A stretch of DNA of 62,323 nucleotides from a virus (lineage: Duplodnaviria; Caudoviricetes). Where the stretch lies: positions 1 to 62,323 of the IMG/VR virus record IMGVR_UViG_3300043442_000825, one strand, 5' to 3'. The first letter of the stretch is position 1. Every line of letters begins with the position of its first letter. A program made the translations under genes and the position numbers. Shown here piece after piece: positions 49,291 through 58,073 of the stretch. Under the pieces are notes generated by a model, which worked only from the letters and a program-made list of their open reading frames with translations, was not told the DNA's origin and did no database searches.

Positions 49291-49803
49291 ATCAATATAT
49301 TCGTAACTTCTCCTTGGCCCGCAGAGAGTGCTATTTGCCTTCCCGATAAACACGTTGTCAAAATGCCTTTAGAATGTTGTCAAATGCTTTCTATTGTGGC
49401 ATCCGATAAATGGGGTCATGGATATGGGAATCTTTATAAGACTGATAACACACCCTATAAAACTGACAAGGGAGCATTCCGTAATCATCCCTGCACCAAA
49501 TGGGCACTGGAAAGTATCCACAATGCTTATTGGCTGATTAAGCATGGGCTCAACTTGTGCGATGAGTACACTTTGAGGTATAATAAGGTTCATGCCTGTT
49601 ACAAGACTCTTGTAGATGCCTATTATCTTTTTCCCAAAGGGAAGATTACTGATGTGAGTCCATTTGCTCGTGCGATGCCAGATGAGTATAAATTTGACAC
49701 AAGCATTGACACTTTTACTGCTTACAAGATGTATATCGCATCCAAACCTTGGGTTGCATCTAATTATCTTCGTATGCCAGAACGAAAACCTGATTGGATC
49801 TAA
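49291..49803 (+). CDS. Pyrimidine-dimer glycosylase (DenV/Pyr_excise)-like protein, probable AUC start
   Basis: (M)NIFVTSPWPAESAICLPDKHVVKMPLECCQML...NHPCTKW. The conserved N-terminus extends upstream of the track's ATG at 49363. Confidence 0.7.
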   Translation: MNIFVTSPWPAESAICLPDKHVVKMPLECCQMLSIVASDKWGHGYGNLYKTDNTPYKTDKGAFRNHPCTKWALESIHNAYWLIKHGLNLCDEYTLRYNKVHACYKTLVDAYYLFPKGKITDVSPFARAMPDEYKFDTSIDTFTAYKMYIASKPWVASNYLRMPERKPDWI

Positions 49804-49806
49804 ATT

Positions 49807-50751
49807 ATGACAAGTGAATTTCTTTATGTGGAAAAGTACCGTCCTCAAGTGATTGAGGATTGTATTCTTCCTGATGATACTAAAAAAACGTTTAAGGAGT
49901 TTGTAGCAAAAGGTGAGATTCCTAATCTCCTTCTTGCTGGACCTCCTGGTATTGGTAAGACGACTATCGCAAAGGCATTATGTAACGAACTAGGGGCAGA
50001 CTATTATGTCATCAACGGATCCGACGAAGGACGTTTCCTGGATACTGTACGGAACCAGGCAAAGAACTTCGCTTCGACCGTCTCACTTACGGGATCTTCT
50101 AAACACAAGGTCATCATCATCGATGAGGCTGATAACACAGGAAACGACGTACAACTCCTACTACGGGCAAATATTGAGGCATTTTATAGCAACTGCCGAT
50201 TCATCTTCACCTGCAACTACAAGAACAAAATTATTGAACCTCTCCACTCCCGATGTGCCGTCATCGACTTCACAATTAAAGGGAAGCAGAGAGTTCAACT
50301 TGCAGGAAGTTTCTTCCAGCGTCTCCAAACAATTTTGGATGCGGAAAAAATTGAGTATGATCAAAAAGTCGTTGCAGAACTTGTATCAAAACACTTCCCA
50401 GACTTTCGTAGAGTCCTTAACGAGTGTCAGAGGTACTCTACGGGAGGAAAAATTGACTCGGGCATTCTTGCATCTTTCTCAGACATCTCTGTAAATGAAC
50501 TTATCAAGAACCTCAAAGAAAAGAATTTCCCAGAAGTACGCAAGTGGGTGGTCTCCAACCTGGACAACGATGCTTCTAGTCTACTTCGTAGGGTGTATGA
50601 CGCCTGTTATGATTGCCTTTCACCCCAAACTATTCCTGCTGCCGTTCTTGTTATTGCTAAGTATCAATACCAATGTGCGTTTGTGGCTGATCAGGAAATT
50701 AACCTCTTAGCGGCATTGACTGAAATTATGGTGGAGTGTGAATTCAAATGA
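49807..50751 (+). CDS. gp44: Clamp loader large subunit gp44
   Basis: VEKYRP, GPPGIGKT, IIDEAD and SRC motifs. Confidence 0.96.
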   Translation: MTSEFLYVEKYRPQVIEDCILPDDTKKTFKEFVAKGEIPNLLLAGPPGIGKTTIAKALCNELGADYYVINGSDEGRFLDTVRNQAKNFASTVSLTGSSKHKVIIIDEADNTGNDVQLLLRANIEAFYSNCRFIFTCNYKNKIIEPLHSRCAVIDFTIKGKQRVQLAGSFFQRLQTILDAEKIEYDQKVVAELVSKHFPDFRRVLNECQRYSTGGKIDSGILASFSDISVNELIKNLKEKNFPEVRKWVVSNLDNDASSLLRRVYDACYDCLSPQTIPAAVLVIAKYQYQCAFVADQEINLLAALTEIMVECEFK

Positions 50752-51620
50752 AATCTCTCAAGACACCTTTACGTTATCCGGGCGGTAAGTCGCGTGCCTG
50801 TGAAAAAATGGGATCTTATTTTCCAGATCTTCGCAACTATGATGAGTTCCGCGAACCATTCCTTGGTGGTGGAAGTGTTGCGATTTACATCACAAAGAAG
50901 TATCCTAACCTAGATATTTGGGTAAATGATCTTTATGAACCACTGGTAAATTTCTGGCAACAACTCCAGATGTTTGGTACTGATTTAAAAGATAAACTTA
51001 CTGATCTTAAGGCAGAAAATAATACTCCAATCCTGGCAAAAGAACTTTTTCTTAAAGCAAAGGAGCAAGTTAATGACAAAGATTTGCCAAGCATTGATCG
51101 TGCTGTGGCTTTCTATGTTGTCAATAAGTGTAGTTTCAGTGGTCTCACAGAGAGTTCATCATTTTCACCACAAGCATCCAATGCCAACTTTTCAATGCGA
51201 GGGATTGAAAAGTTGCCTTCGTATTCTACGTTGATTGAAAAATGGCGTATAACTAACTATTCCTACGATTATCTGATGGATGGAAACATGGGTGCTTTTA
51301 TGTATCTCGATCCTCCTTATGACATTAAGGATAATCTCTATGGGAACAAAGGATCAATGCATAAAGGATTTGATCACGATAAGTTTGTTGCTGATTGCGA
51401 TTCTAATAATATGGATCAATTGGTAAGTTATAATTCTGATCAACTTGTAAAGGACCGCTTTAAGAACTGGAACGCTGCTGAGTTTGATCTTACTTATACA
51501 ATGCGTTCTGTAGGTGAATATATGAGAGAGCAAAAACAACGTAAAGAACTACTGCTATTTAATTATGGAATTGAAGGACTGGTTAAACTCAATCAATCAG
51601 ACGAAGATCAATCTAATTGA
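50748..51620 (+). CDS. dam: DNA adenine methyltransferase (Dam/D12 class)
   Basis: LRYPGGKS, EPFLGGGSV and DPPY motifs. Confidence 0.9.
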   Translation: MKSLKTPLRYPGGKSRACEKMGSYFPDLRNYDEFREPFLGGGSVAIYITKKYPNLDIWVNDLYEPLVNFWQQLQMFGTDLKDKLTDLKAENNTPILAKELFLKAKEQVNDKDLPSIDRAVAFYVVNKCSFSGLTESSSFSPQASNANFSMRGIEKLPSYSTLIEKWRITNYSYDYLMDGNMGAFMYLDPPYDIKDNLYGNKGSMHKGFDHDKFVADCDSNNMDQLVSYNSDQLVKDRFKNWNAAEFDLTYTMRSVGEYMREQKQRKELLLFNYGIEGLVKLNQSDEDQSN

Positions 51621-51945
51621 TGAAGACCCTTCTCTTGTGAAGGAATATGCTCCTTACATTATCAATCGTTGCTTATCTGGGCATATTGATTGTGTGATGT
51701 ATGCAAATGAAATGAACAGGTATCATCACCTAGATAAGGACATGCAATATTTGTTTTATCTAAATAGTCTTAGGAAACGGAAGAGATTTTCTCCCTGGCT
51801 CCGTAAAGATAAGGTTACAGACTTAGAATGTGTCAAATCATACTATGGTTATAGTAATGAAAAAGCATCACAAGCACTGAAGATCTTAACTAAAGAACAA
51901 CTTACTTTCATCAAAAAACGACTTGATATTGGAGGAAAAAAATGA
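51565..51945 (+). CDS. gp62: Clamp loader small subunit gp62
   Basis: YIINRCLS...ANEMN...YYGYSNEKA motifs. Confidence 0.92.
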   Translation: MELKDWLNSINQTKINLIDEDPSLVKEYAPYIINRCLSGHIDCVMYANEMNRYHHLDKDMQYLFYLNSLRKRKRFSPWLRKDKVTDLECVKSYYGYSNEKASQALKILTKEQLTFIKKRLDIGGKK

Positions 51946-52379
51946 CTACTACGGTAGAACCTACTGTTGAATGGTCTCAGGACCAAATGGTAGAGGTGAT
52001 TCTTAATGAACCTGATGACTTTCTGAAAGTACGTGAGACTTTGACTCGCATCGGAGTTGCATCAAGAAAGGAGAAAAAACTCTATCAATCTTGCCATATT
52101 CTACACAAGCAGGGTAGATACTTTATTGTTCACTTTAAAGAACTATTTGCTCTGGATGGCAAGCACGCGAATCTTACGGTAAATGATGTTCAACGTCGTA
52201 ATCGTATTGTGCGTCTTCTTGCTGATTGGGGACTTATTACAGTTGTAAAACCAGATAGTGTAACCGATATAGCACCATTGAATCAAATTAAAGTTCTTGC
52301 GTACAAGGACAAGGGTGATTGGATTCTGGAGCAGAAATACAATATTGGTAAGAAAGGCAAAACGCAGGAAGATGTTTAA
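51942..52379 (+). CDS. regA: Translational repressor RegA
   Basis: DDFLKVRETLTRIG and LYQSCHILHKQGRYFIVHFKELF motifs. Confidence 0.96.
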   Translation: MTTTVEPTVEWSQDQMVEVILNEPDDFLKVRETLTRIGVASRKEKKLYQSCHILHKQGRYFIVHFKELFALDGKHANLTVNDVQRRNRIVRLLADWGLITVVKPDSVTDIAPLNQIKVLAYKDKGDWILEQKYNIGKKGKTQEDV

Positions 52380-52458
52380 TGCAATTTGTTTATTTCTTTT
52401 GGTAATTGCTGCATATACTAATTTGTATTTAAATTTAAAATCCAGAAAAAGGAGATAA
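52372..52458 (+). CDS. 28-aa putative single-pass membrane peptide (not in ORF track)
   Basis: MFNAICLFLLVIAAYTNLYLNLKSRKRR; overlaps the regA stop and has AGGA upstream. Confidence 0.45.
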   Translation: MFNAICLFLLVIAAYTNLYLNLKSRKRR

Positions 52459-52461
52459 ATA

Positions 52462-52544
52462 AACTTGAGACACTTTTCGTGCGGTCTCTACAAAAGTCGG
52501 AACACCCTAAAAAGAGGTTGGGTTTTTACCCCTCCTCTTTTTTT
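52462..52544 (+). ncRNA. Candidate late small RNA
   Basis: Late promoter at 52455-52461, then a structured ORF-less segment, then a terminator at 52509-52544. Confidence 0.4.
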
Positions 52545-52566
52545 CGTTTCTTGTATAATTACTAAT

Positions 52567-52618
52567 GTCAGATGCTTTGGGTCTGACGTTTTATCCTCGC
52601 TTTTAAAGGAGAACTAAA
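52567..52618 (+). promoter_or_regulatory. Structured hsp20 5'UTR, ROSE-like thermometer
   Basis: GTCAGA/TCTGAC hairpin, then CTC(G)CT pairing with SD AGGAG; TATAAT at 52554-52559. Confidence 0.55.
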
Positions 52619-53092
52619 ATGTACACAACACTTGCAAAGTACAATACTGGAAATATTGAAAAGTTTTTAACTGATTTAGAAAAAAACTTTATTGGTGGCG
52701 ATGAGTGGCTCACCCGTTTTGGAACGGTACACGAATCTTCTACTAATTATCCACCTTATAATTTAATTAAGGAAAGTTCAACAGAGTTTACTTTAGAGAT
52801 CGCTCTTGCTGGATATAAAAAGGAAGATATTGAGGTATCTTCTGAATGGAATAAACTTTTTGTTGAGTGTAAGAAGGCACCGACAGAATACGAATATATG
52901 CATAATGGAATTGCCCGTAGGGCATTTACACGCACTTGGACATTATCTGATGATGTAGTTGTTGGGGATGTTTCTTTTGTTGATGGATTACTCACCATTA
53001 AACTAAATAGAGTTATTCCAGAACATCAAAAGAAAAAAACATATGAAATCGTTTCGGGAGTTCATGGACATCTTGAAGGAAATGAAGGGTGA
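52619..53092 (+). CDS. hsp20: Small heat shock protein Hsp20
   Basis: NYPPYNL, EIALAGY, GIARRAFTRTW and DGLLTI motifs. Confidence 0.95.
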   Translation: MYTTLAKYNTGNIEKFLTDLEKNFIGGDEWLTRFGTVHESSTNYPPYNLIKESSTEFTLEIALAGYKKEDIEVSSEWNKLFVECKKAPTEYEYMHNGIARRAFTRTWTLSDDVVVGDVSFVDGLLTIKLNRVIPEHQKKKTYEIVSGVHGHLEGNEG

Positions 53093-53198
53093 TTTTGGTG
53101 CCGATGCAAAACCACCAAAACCAAATTGTTATGGAAAAACAGTATCATATGCTATGCTTCCTGGAAAGAAAGTTTGTGCATTTAAAAGAAAAAGATAA
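53043..53198 (+). CDS. 51-aa basic protein with capsid-targeting-like N-terminus (not in ORF track)
   Basis: MKSFREFMDILKEMKGDFGADAKPPKPNCYGKTVSYAMLPGKKVCAFKRKR; overlaps the hsp20 3' end. Confidence 0.6.
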   Translation: MKSFREFMDILKEMKGDFGADAKPPKPNCYGKTVSYAMLPGKKVCAFKRKR

Positions 53199-53222
53199 AT
53201 ATAATTGAATATCGTCGGCGCA

Positions 53223-53276
53223 TGAGGAGCACCTGGCAAAAACCAGGTTGACTCCTCCTTTTTTTATTGCTAGAAT
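53223..53276 (+). promoter_or_regulatory. Terminator hairpin overlapping a sigma70 promoter
   Basis: GAGGAG-c-ACCTGG/CCAGGT-tga-CTCCTC plus T7; TTGACT(53248)-N17-TAGAAT(53271) with TGn. Confidence 0.75.
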
Positions 53277-53297
53277 GATGAGAGGTATGAAAAACTT

Positions 53298-53681
53298 ATG
53301 ACTATTAAATTGATGCTTCTTAAATCTGGGGAAGATTTGATTTCCGATGTATCAGAAATGTTTTTTGGTGAAGGGGAAAATCAAAGAGTTGTTGGATATT
53401 ATTTAAATAAACCATGTTTGGTTAGGATGAGAAATCCTAATACTATTGAAGATGATGGTAATGGAACTTCTAAAAAAACTGGATTTGAAGTTTCTCTTTA
53501 TCCATGGATTCCCCTTTCTGCAGATGAAAAGATTCCAGTACCTGCAGATTGGTTGGTTACTATGGTAGAACCAACTGCTAGACTAAAAGAAATGTACATT
53601 GAGGATGTTATTAATCATGGAAAAGAAAATGACGAAAATACTGGCACTGATGAACAATCTGATCTTGGTCTCACAGATTGA
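53298..53681 (+). CDS. Conserved hypothetical protein (Sm-like fold suspected)
   Basis: IKLMLLKSGEDLISDV...PWIP motif; upstream of gp43. Confidence 0.8.
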   Translation: MTIKLMLLKSGEDLISDVSEMFFGEGENQRVVGYYLNKPCLVRMRNPNTIEDDGNGTSKKTGFEVSLYPWIPLSADEKIPVPADWLVTMVEPTARLKEMYIEDVINHGKENDENTGTDEQSDLGLTD

Positions 53682-53880
53682 AGAAGTTGGTGCAGATATT
53701 GGTGAACCAGATTGCAAACTGATCAATCCGTTTGTAGTTAAAGGTGATCAAACATTGGAACCTTTTCTTTGTGGGTATACAAAGGAAAAAACATTTATGA
53801 TGAGTTCTGATAAGATTTTAACTCTTGCAGATCCAACTCCAACTCTACTTGAAAAATATGAGGACTTGATTAAAGAATGA
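53617..53880 (+). CDS. Conserved hypothetical protein
   Basis: GEPDCKLINP motif; start uncertain; coupled to gp43 by ATGA. Confidence 0.75.
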   Translation: MEKKMTKILALMNNLILVSQIEEVGADIGEPDCKLINPFVVKGDQTLEPFLCGYTKEKTFMMSSDKILTLADPTPTLLEKYEDLIKE

Positions 53881-56372
53881 GATTTTACACTAATGTTCAA
53901 TTGATTGGGAATCAATTTCTGGTTCGTGGCGTTGATAATGGTAAGAGATTTGAAACTAGGGATGAATTTTATCCAACTTTTTTTGTAAAGACCAAAAAAG
54001 AATCCAAATATAGAACATTAAATGGTGAGTCTGTAGAAGCGGTAAGACCTGGAACTGTAAAAGATTGTAGAGAATTCATCAGTAAGTATAGTGATATTGA
54101 TGGATTTGAAATTTACGGAAATGACCGTTACATTTATCAATACATTTCTGAAAAATATCCAGAGGATGAGATTAAGTTTGATATTAATCAAATTAAACTT
54201 GTAACTCTTGATATTGAGGTTGCTTCAGAACAGGGATTCCCAGATGTTGAATCATGTTCAGAAGAGATTCTTTCAATCTCAATTCAAGATTATGCCACTA
54301 AAAAAATTATTACATGGGGAGTTAAACCATTTAATAATAAGCAGAGTAATGTAACATATCATTATTGTCCAAGTGAATATGAACTTCTCAGCAATTTTAT
54401 TAATTATTGGATGGTTGACGTTCCCGATGTAATCACTGGATGGAATATTCAACTATATGATATTCCTTATATCTGTAAGCGTTTGAACCGTGTTCTTGGT
54501 GAGAAACTGATGAAACGAATGTCTCCATGGGGTCTTGTGACTGAAGGAGAAGTTTATATCAGTGGAAGAAAGCATACATCATTTGAAGTTGGTGGTGTAA
54601 CCCTTCTAGATTATCTTGATCTTTATAAGAAGTTTACTTATAAGGCACAAGAATCTTATCGACTTGATTATATTGCTGAGGTTGAACTTGGTCAGAAAAA
54701 ACTTGATCACTCTGAATATGATACTTTCAAGGATTTCTATACTCAAGGTTGGCAAAAGTTCATTGAATATAACATTGTTGACGTAGAACTTGTTGACCGT
54801 TTGGAAGACAAGATGAAACTGATTGAACTTGCTCTTACAATGGCATATGACGCCAAAGTAAATTATGGTGATGTTTTTTCTCAAGTTAGAATGTGGGATA
54901 CTATTATCTACAATTATCTGAAGAAAAGAAATATTGTAATTCCACCAAAAGAACGTTCTGCAAAAGATGAAAAATATGAAGGTGCTTATGTAAAAGAACC
55001 GATTCCTGGAATTTATGATTGGGTTGTGAGTTTTGACCTAAACTCTCTATATCCACATCTTATTATGCAATATAATATTTCTCCAGAAACATTGATGGAT
55101 GAACGACATCCATCAGTTAATGTGGATAAAATCTTGAATAAAGATTTGACCTTTGAGATGTATAAAGATTATGCGGTTTGTGCCAATGGTGCAATGTATA
55201 GAAAAGATGTTAGAGGATTTCTCCCAGAATTGATGGAGAAGATCTATAATGAACGTGTGATCTTTAAAAAAAAGATGCTTGCTGCAGAGCAAGAGTATGA
55301 GAAGAAGAAAACAAAAGAACTAGAGAAAGAAATTGCCCGCTGCAATAACATTCAGATGGCACGAAAGATTCAACTAAACTCTGCCTATGGTGCAATTGGT
55401 AATCAGTATTTTCGTTATTACAAACTTGCAAATGCTGAAGCAATTACATTATCTGGACAAGTTTCTATTCAGTGGATTATGAATAAGATGAATTCTTATT
55501 TAAACAAAATTCTAAAAACTGGAGAAGTTGATTATGTTATTGCCTCTGATACTGACTCTTTGTATATTAATATGGGTCCTTTGGTTGAAAATGTATTCTC
55601 GGGAAGAGAGAAAACTACTGAAAGCATTGTTTCTTTCCTTGATAAGGTCTGTCAGGTGGAATTTGAAAAATATATTGAAAGTTCTTACCAAGAATTGGCG
55701 GATTATGTAAATGCTTATGATCAAAAGATGTTCATGAAGCGTGAGTGTATTGCTGAACGTGGTATTTGGACTGCAAAAAAGAGGTATATTCTAAGCGTAT
55801 GGGATAGTGAGGGTGTACGTTATGAGGAACCCAAATTAAAGATCAAAGGTATTGAGGCAATCAAATCTTCAACTCCAGCTCCTTGTCGTAAAATGTTGAA
55901 AGAGTCATTCAATATTATGATGAGTGGAAGTGAGAATGCAATGATTGATTATATTGAAAACTGTAGAGAAAAATTTAAGTCTCTTCCACCAGAACAAATT
56001 GCTTTTCCTAGGTCTGCGTCAGATGTTCGGAAGTATTATTCATCTTCTGACATTTACATTAAAGGAACGCCAATTCACGTACGTGGGGCACTTCTTTTTA
56101 ATCACTACGTAAAACAAAAGAATCTTACGAACAAGTATTCACTTATTGCGAATGGTGAAAAAATTAAATTTGTATACTTGAAAAAACCAAATATTATTCA
56201 GGAAAATATTATTTCCTTTATTCAAGACTTTCCAAAAGAACTTGGTCTTGACAAATACATTGATTATGAACTACAATTTGAAAAAAGTTTCATAGAACCA
56301 TTAAAGGCAATTCTTGATGTAATTGGATGGTCTGTGGAAAAAACTGTAAACCTTGAATCATTTTTTGCCTGA
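53877..56372 (+). CDS. gp43: Family B DNA polymerase gp43
   Basis: DIE exonuclease motif, SFDLNSLYP, KIQLNSAYG, DTDS and KKRY; no intein or intron evident. Confidence 0.98.
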   Translation: MRFYTNVQLIGNQFLVRGVDNGKRFETRDEFYPTFFVKTKKESKYRTLNGESVEAVRPGTVKDCREFISKYSDIDGFEIYGNDRYIYQYISEKYPEDEIKFDINQIKLVTLDIEVASEQGFPDVESCSEEILSISIQDYATKKIITWGVKPFNNKQSNVTYHYCPSEYELLSNFINYWMVDVPDVITGWNIQLYDIPYICKRLNRVLGEKLMKRMSPWGLVTEGEVYISGRKHTSFEVGGVTLLDYLDLYKKFTYKAQESYRLDYIAEVELGQKKLDHSEYDTFKDFYTQGWQKFIEYNIVDVELVDRLEDKMKLIELALTMAYDAKVNYGDVFSQVRMWDTIIYNYLKKRNIVIPPKERSAKDEKYEGAYVKEPIPGIYDWVVSFDLNSLYPHLIMQYNISPETLMDERHPSVNVDKILNKDLTFEMYKDYAVCANGAMYRKDVRGFLPELMEKIYNERVIFKKKMLAAEQEYEKKKTKELEKEIARCNNIQMARKIQLNSAYGAIGNQYFRYYKLANAEAITLSGQVSIQWIMNKMNSYLNKILKTGEVDYVIASDTDSLYINMGPLVENVFSGREKTTESIVSFLDKVCQVEFEKYIESSYQELADYVNAYDQKMFMKRECIAERGIWTAKKRYILSVWDSEGVRYEEPKLKIKGIEAIKSSTPAPCRKMLKESFNIMMSGSENAMIDYIENCREKFKSLPPEQIAFPRSASDVRKYYSSSDIYIKGTPIHVRGALLFNHYVKQKNLTNKYSLIANGEKIKFVYLKKPNIIQENIISFIQDFPKELGLDKYIDYELQFEKSFIEPLKAILDVIGWSVEKTVNLESFFA

Positions 56373-56536
56373 TGGATTTGCCTATTAATGATAAAGAACT
56401 AGATACTATTGTAAAAGCACTTGGTTTTGGTGGAGACGCTGCTCTTTATCACAAACTGAAACTGGTTAGAGAACTTAGAGAACAAGGTTTACCTTATAAA
56501 AAAATACTTCGTGAAGAATACGGGATGGTAGCTTGA
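56372..56536 (+). CDS. 54-aa hypothetical protein (not in ORF track)
   Basis: [54 protein letters not shown]; TGATG-coupled at both ends. Confidence 0.75.
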   Translation: MDLPINDKELDTIVKALGFGGDAALYHKLKLVRELREQGLPYKKILREEYGMVA

Positions 56537-57540
56537 TGGATTTTCTTAAGAATATCATAAAAGAGATTGGTGATGACTTTACTAAGTTAGCATCAGATAT
56601 TGATGAGACGGAAACTTATGTTGACACAGGTTCGTACATTTTTAATGCATTGGTTTCAGGTAGTATATTTGGTGGTGTATCTGGGAATAAGATTACTGCT
56701 ATTGCTGGAGAGTCTTCTACTGGAAAGACTTTCTTTAGCCTCGCCGTTGTTAAGAATTTTCTTGATTCCAATCCCGATGGGTATTGTCTCTATTTTGATA
56801 CTGAGGCTGCCATTACTAAATCTTTAATTGAATCGCGAGGAATTGATACTACTCGTTTGGTTGTTGTTAATGTTGTTACTATTGAAGAGTTTCGCACAAA
56901 AGCACTTAAAGCGGTGGATATGTATTTAAAGACACCCGTAGAAGAACGTAAACCATGTATGTTTGTGTTGGATTCTTTGGGTATGCTTTCTACAAGTAAA
57001 GAAATCAATGATGCGCTGAATGAAAAGGAAGTGAGGGATATGACTAAATCCCAACTCATTAAGGGTGCCTTCCGAATGCTCACACTCAAACTAGGTCAAG
57101 CAAATGTTCCACTCCTTGTCACAAATCATACATACGATGTCATCGGAGCTTACGTTCCAACGAAAGAAATGGGGGGAGGTTCTGGACTCAAATACGCAGC
57201 CTCTACGATCATTTATCTCAGCAAAAAGAAAGAAAAGGATGGAACAGAAGTGGTCGGAAATATTATCAAGGCTAAGACTGCTAAATCGCGTTTGAGTAAG
57301 GAGAATAAGGACGTTGAAATCCGTCTATTTTATGATGAGCGCGGTCTTGATCGCTATTATGGTCTTCTGGAACTCGGGGAACTCGGCGGACTCTGGAAAA
57401 ATGTTGCGGGTCGTTATGAGATGGATGGTAAGAAAATTTATGCCAAACAGATTCTTGCCAATCCTAAAGAATACTTCACTGAAGAGGTAATGCAAAAACT
57501 TGATGAGATTGCAAGAGAAGAGTTTAGTTACGGATCGTGA
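56536..57540 (+). CDS. uvsX: RecA-like recombinase UvsX
   Basis: [19 protein letters not shown] and MGGGSG motifs. Confidence 0.95.
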   Translation: MDFLKNIIKEIGDDFTKLASDIDETETYVDTGSYIFNALVSGSIFGGVSGNKITAIAGESSTGKTFFSLAVVKNFLDSNPDGYCLYFDTEAAITKSLIESRGIDTTRLVVVNVVTIEEFRTKALKAVDMYLKTPVEERKPCMFVLDSLGMLSTSKEINDALNEKEVRDMTKSQLIKGAFRMLTLKLGQANVPLLVTNHTYDVIGAYVPTKEMGGGSGLKYAASTIIYLSKKKEKDGTEVVGNIIKAKTAKSRLSKENKDVEIRLFYDERGLDRYYGLLELGELGGLWKNVAGRYEMDGKKIYAKQILANPKEYFTEEVMQKLDEIAREEFSYGS

Positions 57541-58073
57541 TAAAGGTTTTAAAGACTGGAGTTAATGTAAAAAAAGTCGTAGAACAACTTGAAAAGTATC
57601 CACAGGACTGGGACCATCAGAAACATCTGAAGGATTCTCAGTCTTTAGTTGATAGAGGATTTGCTGACTTGCCAGTAAGTGCTCTTCAACTTATAATGGG
57701 TGGGGTTAAAAATAAAGAAGACTTTGTTGGAGATTCTGAAATCAATATCAAAACTCCAGCATATGAACATCACAGTGAAATTAGAAAGATTATACGCAAG
57801 CACTTTGGAAATAGAGAATTGCATCGTTGTGGATTTCTTTCGCTTCCTGTTGGTGAAATAGTAGGCGCTCACATTGATGAAGGAACATACTATCTTACAA
57901 GAGATCGTTATCATCTTTCCATCCTTGGAAGATATCAGTATTTTTGTGGTACTGATACCACTATTGTTGAACCTGGAACTCTTCTTTGGTTTAACAATAA
58001 ATTACCTCATGGAACCGTAAATATCGGTGATGAGACAAGAATAACATTTGTATTTGATATGCCACATGGATAA
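57537..58073 (+). CDS. 2OG-Fe(II) oxygenase, Asp/Asn beta-hydroxylase-like
   Basis: HID...RYHL...[12 protein letters not shown]...R (HxD...H...R). Confidence 0.8.
   Translation: MIKVLKTGVNVKKVVEQLEKYPQDWDHQKHLKDSQSLVDRGFADLPVSALQLIMGGVKNKEDFVGDSEINIKTPAYEHHSEIRKIIRKHFGNRELHRCGFLSLPVGEIVGAHIDEGTYYLTRDRYHLSILGRYQYFCGTDTTIVEPGTLLWFNNKLPHGTVNIGDETRITFVFDMPHG

Noticed and set aside
56248-56277. Internal promoter TTGACA-N18-TACAAT in the gp43 3' end
   Set aside because: Plausible for uvsX, but the spacing is suboptimal and it lies in AT-rich coding sequence; not supportable without TSS data.
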